From the NCBI GenBank assembly GCA_051362555.1, contig CM120641.1:14570001-14634000 (forward strand): 64,000 nt of DNA, written 5' to 3'. The notes below the pieces were generated by a model. That model was not told the origin of the DNA. It searched no databases and was given only the letters and a program-made list of their open reading frames with translations. Shown piece after piece: positions 29,555 to 42,092 of this stretch (position 1 is the stretch's first letter; each line of letters opens with the position of its first letter). Made by a program: the position numbers and the translations under genes. This DNA comes from Lingula anatina (Eukaryota > Animalia > Brachiopoda).

Positions 29555-31199
29555 ATCTTGGCCAGCAAGATAATTGAAAAAAAAATGACAGTCATTGTTA
29601 CCCTTTTCAAAAGCTTGGGTAGTTGCTCACAGTTGTTCAGATATTTGCTATGTAAGCATCTGTTTTTACTTTGAAACTTTCAGCTGATTTAAATATGTCA
29701 GATAAACCTATATTACAATGCTTTACCTATCATTTTCACTATATGTTTATTTCCTAATTCACACATTTTTATGCCTGACCAGCAGGTTCTATGGTTATTT
29801 AATGACTTCATATCATCTGCAGCTCCTCAATGGCATTCATAGTCCTCTATTTTTCTATGTTAAAAACAATTTAACTGCTCTATCTAAAAAAAGCACATTG
29901 CCAAGCAAAGTGTTCAAAAACAATAATTTCCATCAAATGCATGCATCAATTTAAGTTCTTCAATTAGATATCACCCTTCAGTATCCCAGGACTGACTGTC
30001 AAAAACTGAACTTCAACCAGTGAAATTGTGGTTCTTATATTCTACCTTTCCTGACCCAATGAACCAAAAAGCTTCAGAAAAGAGGCTCACATGTGCATGG
30101 TCTTCATCTAATTGAAAAATCACTACATGTTTAAAATCAATATCACCATATTATACATCTACACACCTAAATGTAAATTCTTTAAAAAATGATTTTCATA
30201 ATTATCTTATTCAAATTTGTGGGGAAAAACAAATTTTGTTTATATTATACAAACTTTTCTGTAAATTCCTAGTTTTCAATGAGGGAGGGCTATAGATTGC
30301 TGAAAATGGCTTAAACACTGCTGAAGTATGGCTTCTGTCTCAAAATGATAACATAACCAAAAGATTAATGGGTATATCCAGGTGGCAATCACTACCAGCA
30401 GCTAATGAACACCTGGATAGATGCCCCATATTACCATGGCAACAAACATATTTCTCAATAATTTACATCAGTCCAGTAAGCTGTCCACTAATCCAGTTCT
30501 TAGGTAGGTGATTTGAATTATGTTATATCTAACCACTCTGCCTGCAGAGTGAATACAGAAAAAGGAAATTTGGTATAAATTTGGGTTCGGTTTGTATCGG
30601 TTCATATTTTCAACTCTGCCAGCAGAATTTGACATTACTCTTTGCAACCATTCTAACTACATTTGCAAAATAGGCTGCTGTGCTGTGGTGGCTCCAGAGG
30701 TTTTAAAGTAGTGTTTTCTTTTTTAAAATTTTATTTCTTAATACTGAAGAGATTTTTTTCACATTACTGTTGTATCCATTGTGGTCAAATTATTGAATAT
30801 TTTCACACTTTAAACATGGCCCTTGGATCCACCACCTTGATAATAGTTATACAACTACAAACAGCTCTGCCTGCAGAGTTTTGTATTCTTACTCTACCAA
30901 AGAAAATACTTCAAATGAAAAACTATGAAAAACTGAAAATAATATAACTATACCCTAAAGTATATTTCTAGCTCAGTTAATAGCACACATATAATTGCAT
31001 ATATACTAAATGCAAATATTGTCCCTCGCATAATCTCTTCTTGTAACTGCTCTGCCTGCAGAGCATCCTAATTCTGCAACTTACTTGGCCCACCTGTATT
31101 GAATCAGCACTGTATATACTGAGAATTGCCATATACTTTTGTGGTCTGTGTAACGAATATTCCTGTATTTAAAATATGCATAGTAAAGCCTGCTTTACT
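29555..31199 (-). promoter_or_regulatory. Cluster of ~10 CNGG(N) stem-loops (Smaug recognition element-like) in the NPAS4-like 3'UTR
   Basis: Hairpins at 29555-571, 29774-786, 29978-995, 30009-027, 30371-425, 30534-551, 30612-629, 30856-885, 31048-065 and 31182-199. All have CUGG, CAGG, CUGGC or CUGGU loops on the minus strand. Confidence 0.75.
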
Positions 31200-31729
31200 G
31201 TTGATCTTCATGGAATTAACAACACATCAGTATATAGTCAGCACTGCACGAAACAAGTTCGAAATGCAAGGTGATTCAATAGAGATGGGTGAAGGCAGTA
31301 TCAAGTAACAGTCTTGATCTATGCCAAAGCTTTGGTCTGGTGCAAATAGCACATGGAACATTTGTCCATTTCAGTTCTGCTCTTTCATCCTGGAACTTGG
31401 CAGCAATGCGACCAAAACTTGAACCATCTATCACTGGCAATATGCCTTACAGACATTTTGGCGAAACATAAGATACAACTCCCGATCTACAGGAAGGGAC
31501 ATCTTACTGCATTGTTGGTCCACCTATGGGAAACAAATGAGATAACCTTAAAATTAATACTTATAGGATACTGTGAGACATTTCCTGTATTATTTAAAAA
31601 TATATATTGCATTGAGAAGCTTGGAACTTGTCTATTAATCTGAAAGAATATTGATCACTGTTTAAACTAATGTCTGTTAAGTTTATAAAATTTTAATGAT
31701 TTGTTAAACTTAAAAAGGAGATCATAATG

Positions 31730-34700
31730 TTATTTTTTCAACAATGCAATAAGATACTCACCATAACTTGGTGGAGGGTTTACATCACCGAGCTGTTGAC
31801 TCAGTTCTTGGTTTGAAACAATAACCCCATAACTTGGGGGAGTATTCTGCTGATGGAGTGGACTCCAGGAGGTAGTCGCTGGAAAACAATCTCCAATCAG
31901 GCTGTCACCAAGGACGTTATTAGCATCCATCAGGGACATGGCATCAGTAGTGGTCGTGGGGACAGGGAATGACTCAATAAGAAATGAAATGTCTCCAGTG
32001 AACCCCACTGTTTCAAGAAGATTTTCATAACTGGTTTCTGTTGTGCCAGCACAACTTGGATCTGGAGACATGTGCCCTTGGATTGGACTGCTTCCCATTC
32101 CAGTTGAAGAAGGTCTTGGTGATGCATGGCTTTCAAAGCTGTGAGTGGAATCCCGACTATCATCGTCAAAGTGGTTGAAATAATTTTCAATTTCCATCAC
32201 ATTGATGACAGGTAAGAACTGGTTGGTCTTGTCTTCATCTGTCATTTTGAGGCCATGCGTTGCTGCAGTTTTGGTAGCTTTCTTAGCAACTGATGTGGAA
32301 CAGTTCTGACTAGGTAAGGAGGTCAGCACAGAAGGAGTGCATGATGTTAGTGATTGATTCCTCAGAACAGCTTGGCTTGATGATGTCTTTGAGTTCAAAC
32401 ACTCATCCACCACATCTGCATCAATCACTGGCAAAAGGTGCTTCTCATCATCCTCAAACTTTTCCAAATCAGCGACTGGCTCCTGGCTGATATTCTTTGT
32501 GATGGTGGCAATGACTTCTTCAAGTTGAAATTTTGTTGTCTCTTTGTGGTCCCCTAGAAGAAAATCCCCATGGATGTGCAGAGGTGATGAATCGGGTGTA
32601 AGATAGGAGTCGGGCACTGTTGCAGTCTCAGTGGCAACTGCTTCTTTTGTGGTCTTCAGGGGATGCTGATCTTTAGGAGACTCTGGAGTGGGTGGTTGAA
32701 AGTCTGTAAGAGGCTTAGTGGCATTTGACTTTGCCATGCACATCATTGAAAGTTTAGCTTTTAAGGCTTGCTGTGTTGTTGTTGAGCTTGGATAGCTGTT
32801 CTGTGTTAGGACTTGCATAGAGCCATAGACAAAAGATGTACTTCCTGAGTTCCCTCCTTCTGGTGAACTAAAGAATGGTGCTGACAAAAATGATGCCTCT
32901 GTAGGGAAGCTACCGAAGCCACTTCCTATCCCTCCCATACCACCCTGACTGTCGTCACTGTGTGAGTGACCCACTCTTAACATTTTGGAAGGCTGACAGC
33001 TTGGATGTGGATCTTCAGATTTGCGTTTGATACCACTGGGCTGCTGCAAGGTTTCAGTCACACAAGACTGCAATGGGTCTCCCAGAGTAGACTTCATGGG
33101 GTCAGCCAATGTACAGTGCATGGTATCTGCCATTATACTACTGCCAGGTTGCTCAGGCCAAGAGAACTGACTAGCGGCACTGGGGCTGAAGACTGACTGT
33201 AGTCCTGGAGAGCTTCCTCGGCTGTACTCAGAGGGGCTTTCACTGAAACTGCCCAGGCTCCCCCTTGGTGGCAGAGCAATGTCAGGATGGGTGTAGCTTC
33301 CACTGGTGCTGTCTCCCAGATAATGCTGAGGGGCTGTCCTAAGAGAGAACTGGCCTCCATAGTTTGTTTGATTGGGGGAAGTGGAGAAACCACTACTGTA
33401 TGGATCCATTGTAGCAACTGGCGTTGTGGTTAAAGCATAGGGAACACCCTCTGGTGGAATGGACTGTGAAAGACAGCGCTGTGGGCTGTAGCTGGTGGGC
33501 TGGGAGTACATGAACTCTGAGTTACGGGCCATCTGAGCTGTGTAGATCTGACTTTGCATCTTGAAATATGGAGCTTCATTTTCACTGAAAAAATATAACA
33601 TAAGTAAATAATAAGATGAATTCTTGCAAAGATGTTGTCCATGAAGTATTGTGAAAATCTTTGCTTTGGCTGAAATATTTAAATTTTCCAGTTTTATGTA
33701 TTTCAAAAATTGGCTTTTTATTATCTTGCAAATTTTTGATGAGAACTTGCTGTTATCTGCCAATTTATTTATTTGTTTTGAGAGCCGTGCTTTGCAAGTA
33801 CAGCTATATTTGAAAGATTTGTACAAAAATGCAATTGTCACCATCCCTTCCCTAAAAGTAATGCTCATACAAAATTGTTAACTGTTGATTGCCCTTGTTA
33901 GTTTTTACCTATGCTCCTAATTAACTTACAGAACTTGGGGATGGTTTTTATCATTTTTGTCTGAATTCTATAACGGTAAAACTGTATTGTTATAATGCTT
34001 GCATGAACTAAATGAATGTTTCCTTCTGAAAGCCACATCCTCTCTTCAATACATGTCACTGTGTGTCTACTTGGCTCAGTATTTGAACAATCACTGGTTA
34101 ATAGACCAAGGTGAATGGGATCCAAGCATCTCCAGGGTCATGATGAATGAAGCTTTGCATGCCTTACTAGAGCAGAATAATACTAAGGAAACTGGTTTCT
34201 GTTACAGCGCCATGACAAGTATATTTGCTCATTTTGTCCTTCATGTCTAGCTATCGACTTCGGCTTTCCTGGGAGGAAAGTACTAATTTGATTGACAAAC
34301 TCGGGGTAAAAAGGCATTATTCTCACCTAGAATTGGAATTCTTAGACATATCCTCAGATAGCCATTTATCACCAAAATCTTATCATCACCAAATAACCCT
34401 ATAACTTTTAGACTTGTAAATCCCACTTATAGAGTTGCACTGATGAGCATTGACAATTTGAAGTGTACATTTTTCAATTTATTAGCCCACATGCAACTAT
34501 GCTTGGCACTTTTGATGATTAATAAACCAGCATTCTACCCACTGGAACATGGGTACTTGTCAATCATTTGACACACACCCAATCAAATAATGATAAGCAT
34601 TTGGTTTTAATCTGGTTAGTCTGGTATGTTGTATTTTTGTATACTAATGTTACTAGGACTTTCAAAGAAGAAGAGTTATTGCCTACTTGATGTTTAATTT

Positions 34701-37369
34701 AAAAATAATTATATTTTCCCCTCTGTTCCCATTATTTTTTAGTGACAATTTCTAAATTAATATGGATTTTAAAAGTTAATTCCAAGGATCCAAAGGATGA
34801 GATTTAACCTAAACATTTGAATGGCACATTTAGATAAGCAATTCATTATAAAAGATATCTCAAAAAGGGCTATTTACCTTATGACTTGGTTAATGCACAT
34901 GATAGCAGCTTCTCCATTATCAGATATATAGGGCTGGCGTATGTGCATCACTGTATTCACCCAGATACAGGTGTTGTCGTTCCTTATCAGTCGTACAGTG
35001 AGCATGCACCCCATTTCATGACTTGAATGAATTACTGAAAAATTGAAACATTGGACATGTCAATCATTTGAACCCCTAGAGGGACATGTTCACTTGTCCA
35101 TAAATGTACCAATCCATTAGTCAACCACTCTTGGGTATGTAGTGTTTAGGTGTGGTGAAAGCTACATGATATTTTTGTCAGTTGGGACACAGAATTGGTC
35201 TTCATGTATCGTGCTACGCTTATATTAGTTATATTTTGTGGCAAATAGGTATGGTGCACTAATGGTTGTTCATAATATGGTATTTGTTCTTACAAGAGAA
35301 CTTGCCCTGGCTAAATGCAGCTAGTCTAAAAAAGGTATAGCTTGTAATGTATCATTATATGTGTTATTATTATTGTTATTATTGTTATTATTATTACACT
35401 GCCATAGCTACTTACATTGCACATGCTTATCTCTTGCCTCTTGTGCATCTTCTGGGTGTAAAAGACTATACCAGGACCTGCCTGTGACATCTTCTGTTGT
35501 GACACCAAGATGATGCTCTCCTCTACAACATATATTACACCCACATGTATTGTAAAGATTACACAGCACTTTTTAAAAAGGAACTATACTATAAAAATTA
35601 TCTCTTCGTACTTGTCTAATGTTTTTTTTCTTCTTTAAAAAAGTAAGCACAAGGAAGTACTTTAATTACCTTTGTGAAATCTCCATGTACTTCATGTCTA
35701 GGCTGTGAATTGATTTGAATACCATGGTGTTATTTTGTAGAGCCGTCTCCTTGGTCTCTGGCGTGATGAGAGGGCTGCACAGGGCCAGGAATACAGGCTG
35801 GTTTCCATAGTGGTCTCGTATCATAGGCTGAATGAACTGCCCATGAACATGCATAATCTGAAAACAGGGAAAAAAGTTATTCATTTAACATATAATTCAA
35901 AGAATTAATGATACATCAACTTTCCTGATTTTTGAAGTTTTGTAACATTAGTGATGTGAAATTACAATGCACCTTTTATGAAGTGAGTTTAGTATTCATT
36001 ACATTTCACCACTTACATGTAAACATGTTTCTGATACTGGTAGGTTTCTTCCTGGTATATCAAATTCCTTAACAATGAATGCATTCAAATAATGCATGCA
36101 CACCCACAAAGGCAATGAATTTTTCCTAATTGTGCAGGTACACCTAATAAGTAGCACACCCACGCAGATATGTGATCCCTCTCTCAAAAAAACACACAAC
36201 AGCAAACAAACTTGATGAGTGAAAAAAAAACACACCTTTTGATCACCAATACTACTCTGTCTTCTCAAGGTACGGGCTATGTTCATCCGGCAGAAGAAAG
36301 ATCTAACATTTTGGTTCTGACTCTCCCCAAAAGAAGTTTGCAAGAGCTGTGATTGAACTGTTGTATGGTCTCTCTTATCTATGATATCATATATACTGTC
36401 CCCTTGGGTCATCATGTCCACCTGAAAAAGCAAAGTGCCCAGTAAGCTGACATAATGTCATCATACAAGTGCAGTGTATATATTAGATGAAGAAAGCATT
36501 TGCGTGTGATATTACCAGTGCCTGTGTCTAAAATGTAGTTGCATGGTTGGAATTCTATATAAAAAATTAATATGCACACTACATTGCCTTAGATTAAAAT
36601 AGACCAAAACGTCTCTTTAATTTCTGCTTTAAAAAAGGAAAAGAAGATGAAACATATGAATTAATCATGTCAGCACCTCCAGTGTCATCATGGTCTCATC
36701 ATAATTAGCCTATGGCCAAAACCAGTTTTCAACCAAATTAAAGCAAGTCGTAGCTAGTATGTATATATACTAACCATTGAATGTCCTAAGTATTCTGTAA
36801 CATTTTCTGACAAATATAGCATCTTCCCATCCCTGGTTGCCACCAGAAGGAACCCTGGAAGTGTCTGCAATCAAAGAAAAAAAAAATGTGTGATTTGCAT
36901 CTAGGTACCCATTGTTAACCAGCCATGTAAAACGATTTTTATCAGTTCAAGTTCATTGCACCAAAATACAAAATTTAATGCACTGATGAATTTCAAGCTA
37001 CAATCATAAATGACAATGTCTGAAATGCTCAAATATATGAGACCTAAAACCAGTAGGTTAGGTAAATTTGAGATAAAAACCCGAATTAGGGACAATAAGG
37101 ATAAAAGGCAACATGGGAGACCTATAAGCTAAGGAAATCAGGGTCGTATTGCTTCTTTCACAAAGGAGCGTATGTGCTAAAGCAATACATTTACAGTCTG
37201 GCTTTATATATTTCCTCTAATTTTTGTCATACTGAAGTTTTTTGAAAATTAACCTGTTTCAGCTGAACAGTTAAGGTGTGGCATGCACCAAATATTATCT
37301 TTTAGTCAAAAGAACTTCCATTCTGGTATTGAATCTAGCCTTTCATTTTAACACTGACATTGTCTCATG

Positions 37370-37414
<45 letters not shown>

Positions 37415-40400
37415 TCCTCAATGTCATTTTACTCCTGTGTTTATCCAAATGTTAGTAACTGTTAAGGTCATTGCCAGTTAATTGGTTTGGCATTTCACTT
37501 GATCACACACAGAGGAAATTTTAATTAAATTTTGATTTTGTAGATCAAGGTATATGAGTGCATTTTTTTGCCTCTTGGGAGGTCTTTTGTAATATGCTCA
37601 GATACATGTATGTGACAGTCACTTATGAAATAGCAACTCTTGTACCTGCCCCTTTTCTTGTCCAATCACTGTCTAATACATGATACAGAATAATTTATTG
37701 TTAATATTTATCCTATTCAGTACTACACAAGAGATGAACTTCCACTGACATGTAGCATTTCACAATAAAGTACTCACTACAAATGTTAGTATTGTTACCC
37801 ACTACTTCAGATGAAGTGAGGCGCAATAATTTTCACTTTGTAAATATCACTATCAGATTTTCATGACCTCACTGATGCTATGACGTCCACGTGAATTCAA
37901 TGATTGTCAACCTCCGTACGTCATACGTTTTCGTGAAAAGATGTATGAGCGGAACACTACACTGACGTCATAAGGATCAGGTAAAAAATGATAAACTGTT
38001 TTTATATATTTATTGTATATATATCCTACTAAATAGGGGATGTCTGTATAATTTATTCAAACGGAAGACAGTTTTATTCTTCAAGTAAAATGGATATATT
38101 TTAGGCCTACATTTGTTAAACTTGGTGAAATTTAGGATGTATTTTATTTAAATTAAAACTTTTCTTACTGTACAGCAAGACATTAACACATAGAAAACAT
38201 ACCTGTGCAAATTCGAATGGCCCTTCAACACTATATCCTGGATTGCCGAATACTGAAATGGAAATATTTCTCAGAATTAGAGTCAGCAGGAGTGCCTTTC
38301 ATTTCTTGATTTAAATAGTTACACACAACTGTATCCTAGGATGGATGTTGTCCAATAAATGAAATACTTATCATTTGAAAATATTGTCCATTAAAATTAT
38401 GTTCATTGGCACTTATTTTCAGTCATTACAATGCCTCTCACTGAGGAATGTGGCTTAGCCTGGCTGATAGACAGACAAATAATTCCTGATATTCCCTATA
38501 TTTACAACACTGTATTTGCAATACCTACTGCTGCATATAATATTCAGAAAAATTTAAGGCCCCCCCTCCCCCAAAAGAAAATTGCAAAAGGATAAATGAT
38601 GAGTTATACTTACGTCTTGCAAAATAATTGCTCTTTCTAATGAAAATACATGCTAGGGACATTATCTGAAGTTGAGATAGGCGTTGTCTTGCTGACTCGG
38701 GCAGGGGAAGCAGGTCACGCACAACCAAAATCTCATTATTAATTTGATCCCTTCGGACCTTGGAAGCTCCTTTGGTTGACCTGGAAAATAAAAAATAATG
38801 AGATTTGTTAACTTTATGTTATCACAATGCATGAAATGATTCATCAAATTTGAATGGGGTTATTCTTATTTTCAGAAAGGGATTTTATATCCATCATCCT
38901 CATCAGTTTAAAACTTTAAGTTACAGAGTTTATCTTTTTTTTTCTAATAAGTAGTAGCATAACTATACTATCTGATAAAAACACACATTTCACTCCCCTC
39001 AGGTTTCAACACCTGAGTCTGTTAATCCAAGCTTTTTCTGGTTTCTAACATGAATGCACACAGATTTTACTCCATATTGCATTATCAGCTACTGCTACCT
39101 CCTGTTGGAACTACTGATCCAACAACTAGTACTGCATGCTTGAATTCCAAGTATAAGTAATAGACACCTACATCCGCTTCAAGTTCCTTACTATTCCTGT
39201 TTTATATCCTGTGTGTCCATGAATCAGGATGATTTCAAGAATTAGTTGCCTTATTTGGGTGGCATACTTCCTTTTTAATGTAAAGACTTGTGGCATCTAA
39301 TGGGAGTATGTGTTTGTGTGTGTACCAGATTGATAATAAGGGAGATGTATGGAGAATGTACATGTTATGAATAATGTCAAAAGTATATATTAAAACATTT
39401 TGAAAATGTAATAAATTTAAATTTATTCCCTCTCCATTTCTCGTCCTTGCCTTGATTTATATTATGCCAGATTAACCAAGTCTTAGTATGATATTATTTC
39501 AATCTTTGTAATTATTATTTTGTGTTATTTGATATATAATAGACAGACTGTGTTCTTTTAAGATGTACCTTTAATAACTTATTCATTAAAAAAAATGCTT
39601 TGAAGTGTCGACAGATCACTCTTAAATAATAGCACAAGCTATATATATATACTGAGAACATCACTCCGTCATACTCAGTATTCATAAGTTCCACTATAAA
39701 GGAGGTGCTGTCTCTTCTACTATAATAATGTGGAAGATCGATAGTATTTAGTGTCATAGTCCAAAATATAAAATGAAAAGTGGCTATTGCACCTAACAAT
39801 GGAAGCATTTATCCCAAATATTACCCGAAAAACCTTTGAGAGAAATTTTGTAATCAAAGTTTTAGATAGAAAATATTCATTGTAAGCATTAGTAAATATG
39901 CACTATATGAAGCTTTAGAGTGAACATAGTAAACAATATTTTGTGTAGGCGTTTGTACATGTACTCAGTCTCTGCTTCAGTGGTGTATTTGTCTACAAAT
40001 CTTCTTTTATGACATTAAGACATCAATTTTCAAGTTAGGTCAGCATCCTCTTCCGACAAGTCCCACTTAAATATGCCCCTTCTTTTCTATTGCACAATGC
40101 CTTCCCCTGCTTGTGACGCCAGTGCTATGAATAACAATGCCCAAATCCGTAGGCTAAACATTGACAAAAGTATATGTAGGGCCTCAATGGCTTAAAAAAG
40201 TAGAGCACAAGAATAAATGCTTGGGTCTAAAAATAGATATGAAAGATAGCTGAATTGATTGTTCCAATTGTCAGACAGGTAGAATATCAAGTGGGTTAAT
40301 AAAAATAAAAATAATTAAGATTTAAAAATAAATTCCTTTCTAATTCTTACGCTGTACTTTGAAAAAACTTCTAAAAGGATAAGATTTTATACCGACAAAA

Positions 40401-40854
40401 AGAAGAAAATGATTTAAACTGAATTGCTCTGTTTACACAACAGGTAAAGTGATTTGTGCTAAGTGACAACTTAGTTTTCATACATCGTTCAAATTCACCG
40501 CTTAGGGAAATTATTTACTAGGATAATTTAGGCAGTGAAAATCAATATTACAAATTAGTTCAACAATGTTTCATTATTGAAACCATATTTGACCCCTGAC
40601 TCAAAATATCAGAGTTCACTTAAAATGTCTAAGTCCTTATTCACACACTTAAATCCAATTTATGATTAGTCATCCAATTAATAGGCAGAAATAACTCTAG
40701 CCTCAGAAAAACTGGTAAACTTAGGCAATTAACACATTTTCTTCTATATTTACATACTCTTAGTAATACATGGTAGTTTTAGACTGCTAATTTTTATCTA
40801 AAAGTGCAAAACAACTTTCATTTAAAACAAAAATGAAATTTACCTAAACATCAT
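31730..40854 (-). CDS. NPAS4: NPAS4/dysfusion-type bHLH-PAS transcription factor (936 aa from the MMFR first exon)
   Basis: Exons 40854-40844, 38780-38614, 38252-38203, 36864-36775, 36421-36236, 35857-35670, 35522-35416, 35034-34878 and 33584-31730 total 2811 nt, all GT-AG and in phase. b[18 protein letters not shown]...[17 protein letters not shown]; [34 protein letters not shown]; [14 protein letters not shown]; long S/P/T-rich C-terminus. The first exon is less certain than the rest. Confidence 0.93.
37373..37413. repeat. Poly-T tract (~41 nt)
   Basis: Directly visible, intronic. Confidence 0.95.
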
Positions 40855-40999
40855 GATGTTTTTTGTCCACTGTAATTCCTTTTTTTTATCTCTCAGACAC
40901 AGTCAACATTCTCTGCATGTCTGTCTTGCTGTACGGTAGCTGTGTGAGTATCACACCGAGAAACACACCCCCTTGTGATAGCTTGAACGTCAACGTAAG

Positions 41000-41141
41000 A
41001 AATGTTGTGGGAGGCAAGGTTGGTGTTATTATATATACCACGCACCTATTATTATACTGTCTCCTATTGATTCTACACATACGCAAGCATACTGGTACTG
41101 TATAAGCGTTTACTTACGGATCACATGGTGTGATGACGTCA
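41000..41141 (-). promoter_or_regulatory. Putative proximal NPAS4 promoter: TATA box plus full CRE
   Basis: TGACGTCA at 41134-41141, TATATAA (minus) at 41035-41029, Inr-like CATTT ~32 nt downstream (~41003), then ATG ATG TTT AG|gtaaat at 40854-40844. Confidence 0.65.
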
Positions 41142-42000
41142 AGTTCATTCATCCCTGGGTACTGTAGTGTATCTCTAAGATGCTAGTAAACACAATGCTT
41201 TCACTCGAGAAGGCAGTAGGCTTTTGAGTCCTCAAAATTTGTAGATGTAGCCAAGGGAGGATTAGACGGTGGCCATAACACCTAGCACCTGCCCCAGAAA
41301 CAGTTAGATTTTGTTGGTTTAGCTGAGATTTTTTAAAAGCAATTCTGAGGTTTGTTTAAACAGGCTGTAGTGATTGTTGACTAAATTGGACCCAGTACAT
41401 AGAATACCTTTACTAAAGTTTGCCCCTTTTTCATACCCAGAAGGTATTCCATGTGTACATAAGGGCAGGTGTAGTCAATTGTTGAATCAATTGTTTCTAA
41501 AAATAAAAAGAAGCTGACAGTTGCTAGCCAACAGGGGGTTTCAGTTGGTTCCTATTTTAGTTAATTGTCTGCAATACTTTCCCCCATTATGTTAGTTTTC
41601 AAATGCAATATACAAGACTAGCTGATGTCAGATATTTCCCAAGTCAGGGTGTGTGCCTTGTGTAAGGTTGATTTTATGTGTCTATGTAAAAAAGGCTAAA
41701 AGCTGGTCTTAATCTAAATATTTGCAAGTCCAACTTCTTCTGAAATTCTTATTTTTTCAAGCACTTAAGGATGCCATATAACTTAGACAGGTCTTAATAT
41801 GGGCGATGTGTTTGCTGTTATTTATTTCAAATGTTTATTGTTGTTAGTAAACCCGTTATTTATCTTTATTACTACATATTTCTAAGTACTCCATGGTGAT
41901 ATCATACAGGATATACAGTTATGTGACATGCAGACAGCAAAACAAATAATAATATTTAGTCTGCTATTACAGGTATAATTCACTAAAAGAGGCTGTTTCC

Positions 42001-42092
42001 AAAATAAATAATAATAAAATAAATAAATAAACAAATAAATAAGTAAACAAATAAACAAATAATAAACAAATAAACAAATAATAAACAAATAA
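42001..42092. repeat. (AAAT/AAAC)n low-complexity repeat
   Basis: Directly visible. Confidence 0.85.

Noticed and set aside
31155-31170. Additional SRE candidate with CAGGAA loop
   Set aside because: Only a 4-bp A-U stem; too weak to count.
29555-31199. UTR hairpins as IREs, SECIS, histone stem-loops or terminators
   Set aside because: No CAGUGN loop with bulged C, no in-frame UGA, and the wrong loop sequences. CNGG(N) fits SREs.
33585-33868. N-terminal ~95 codons of the 712-aa ORF
   Set aside because: AT-rich intron read-through. The real exon begins at the acceptor at 33584, in phase with the preceding exon.
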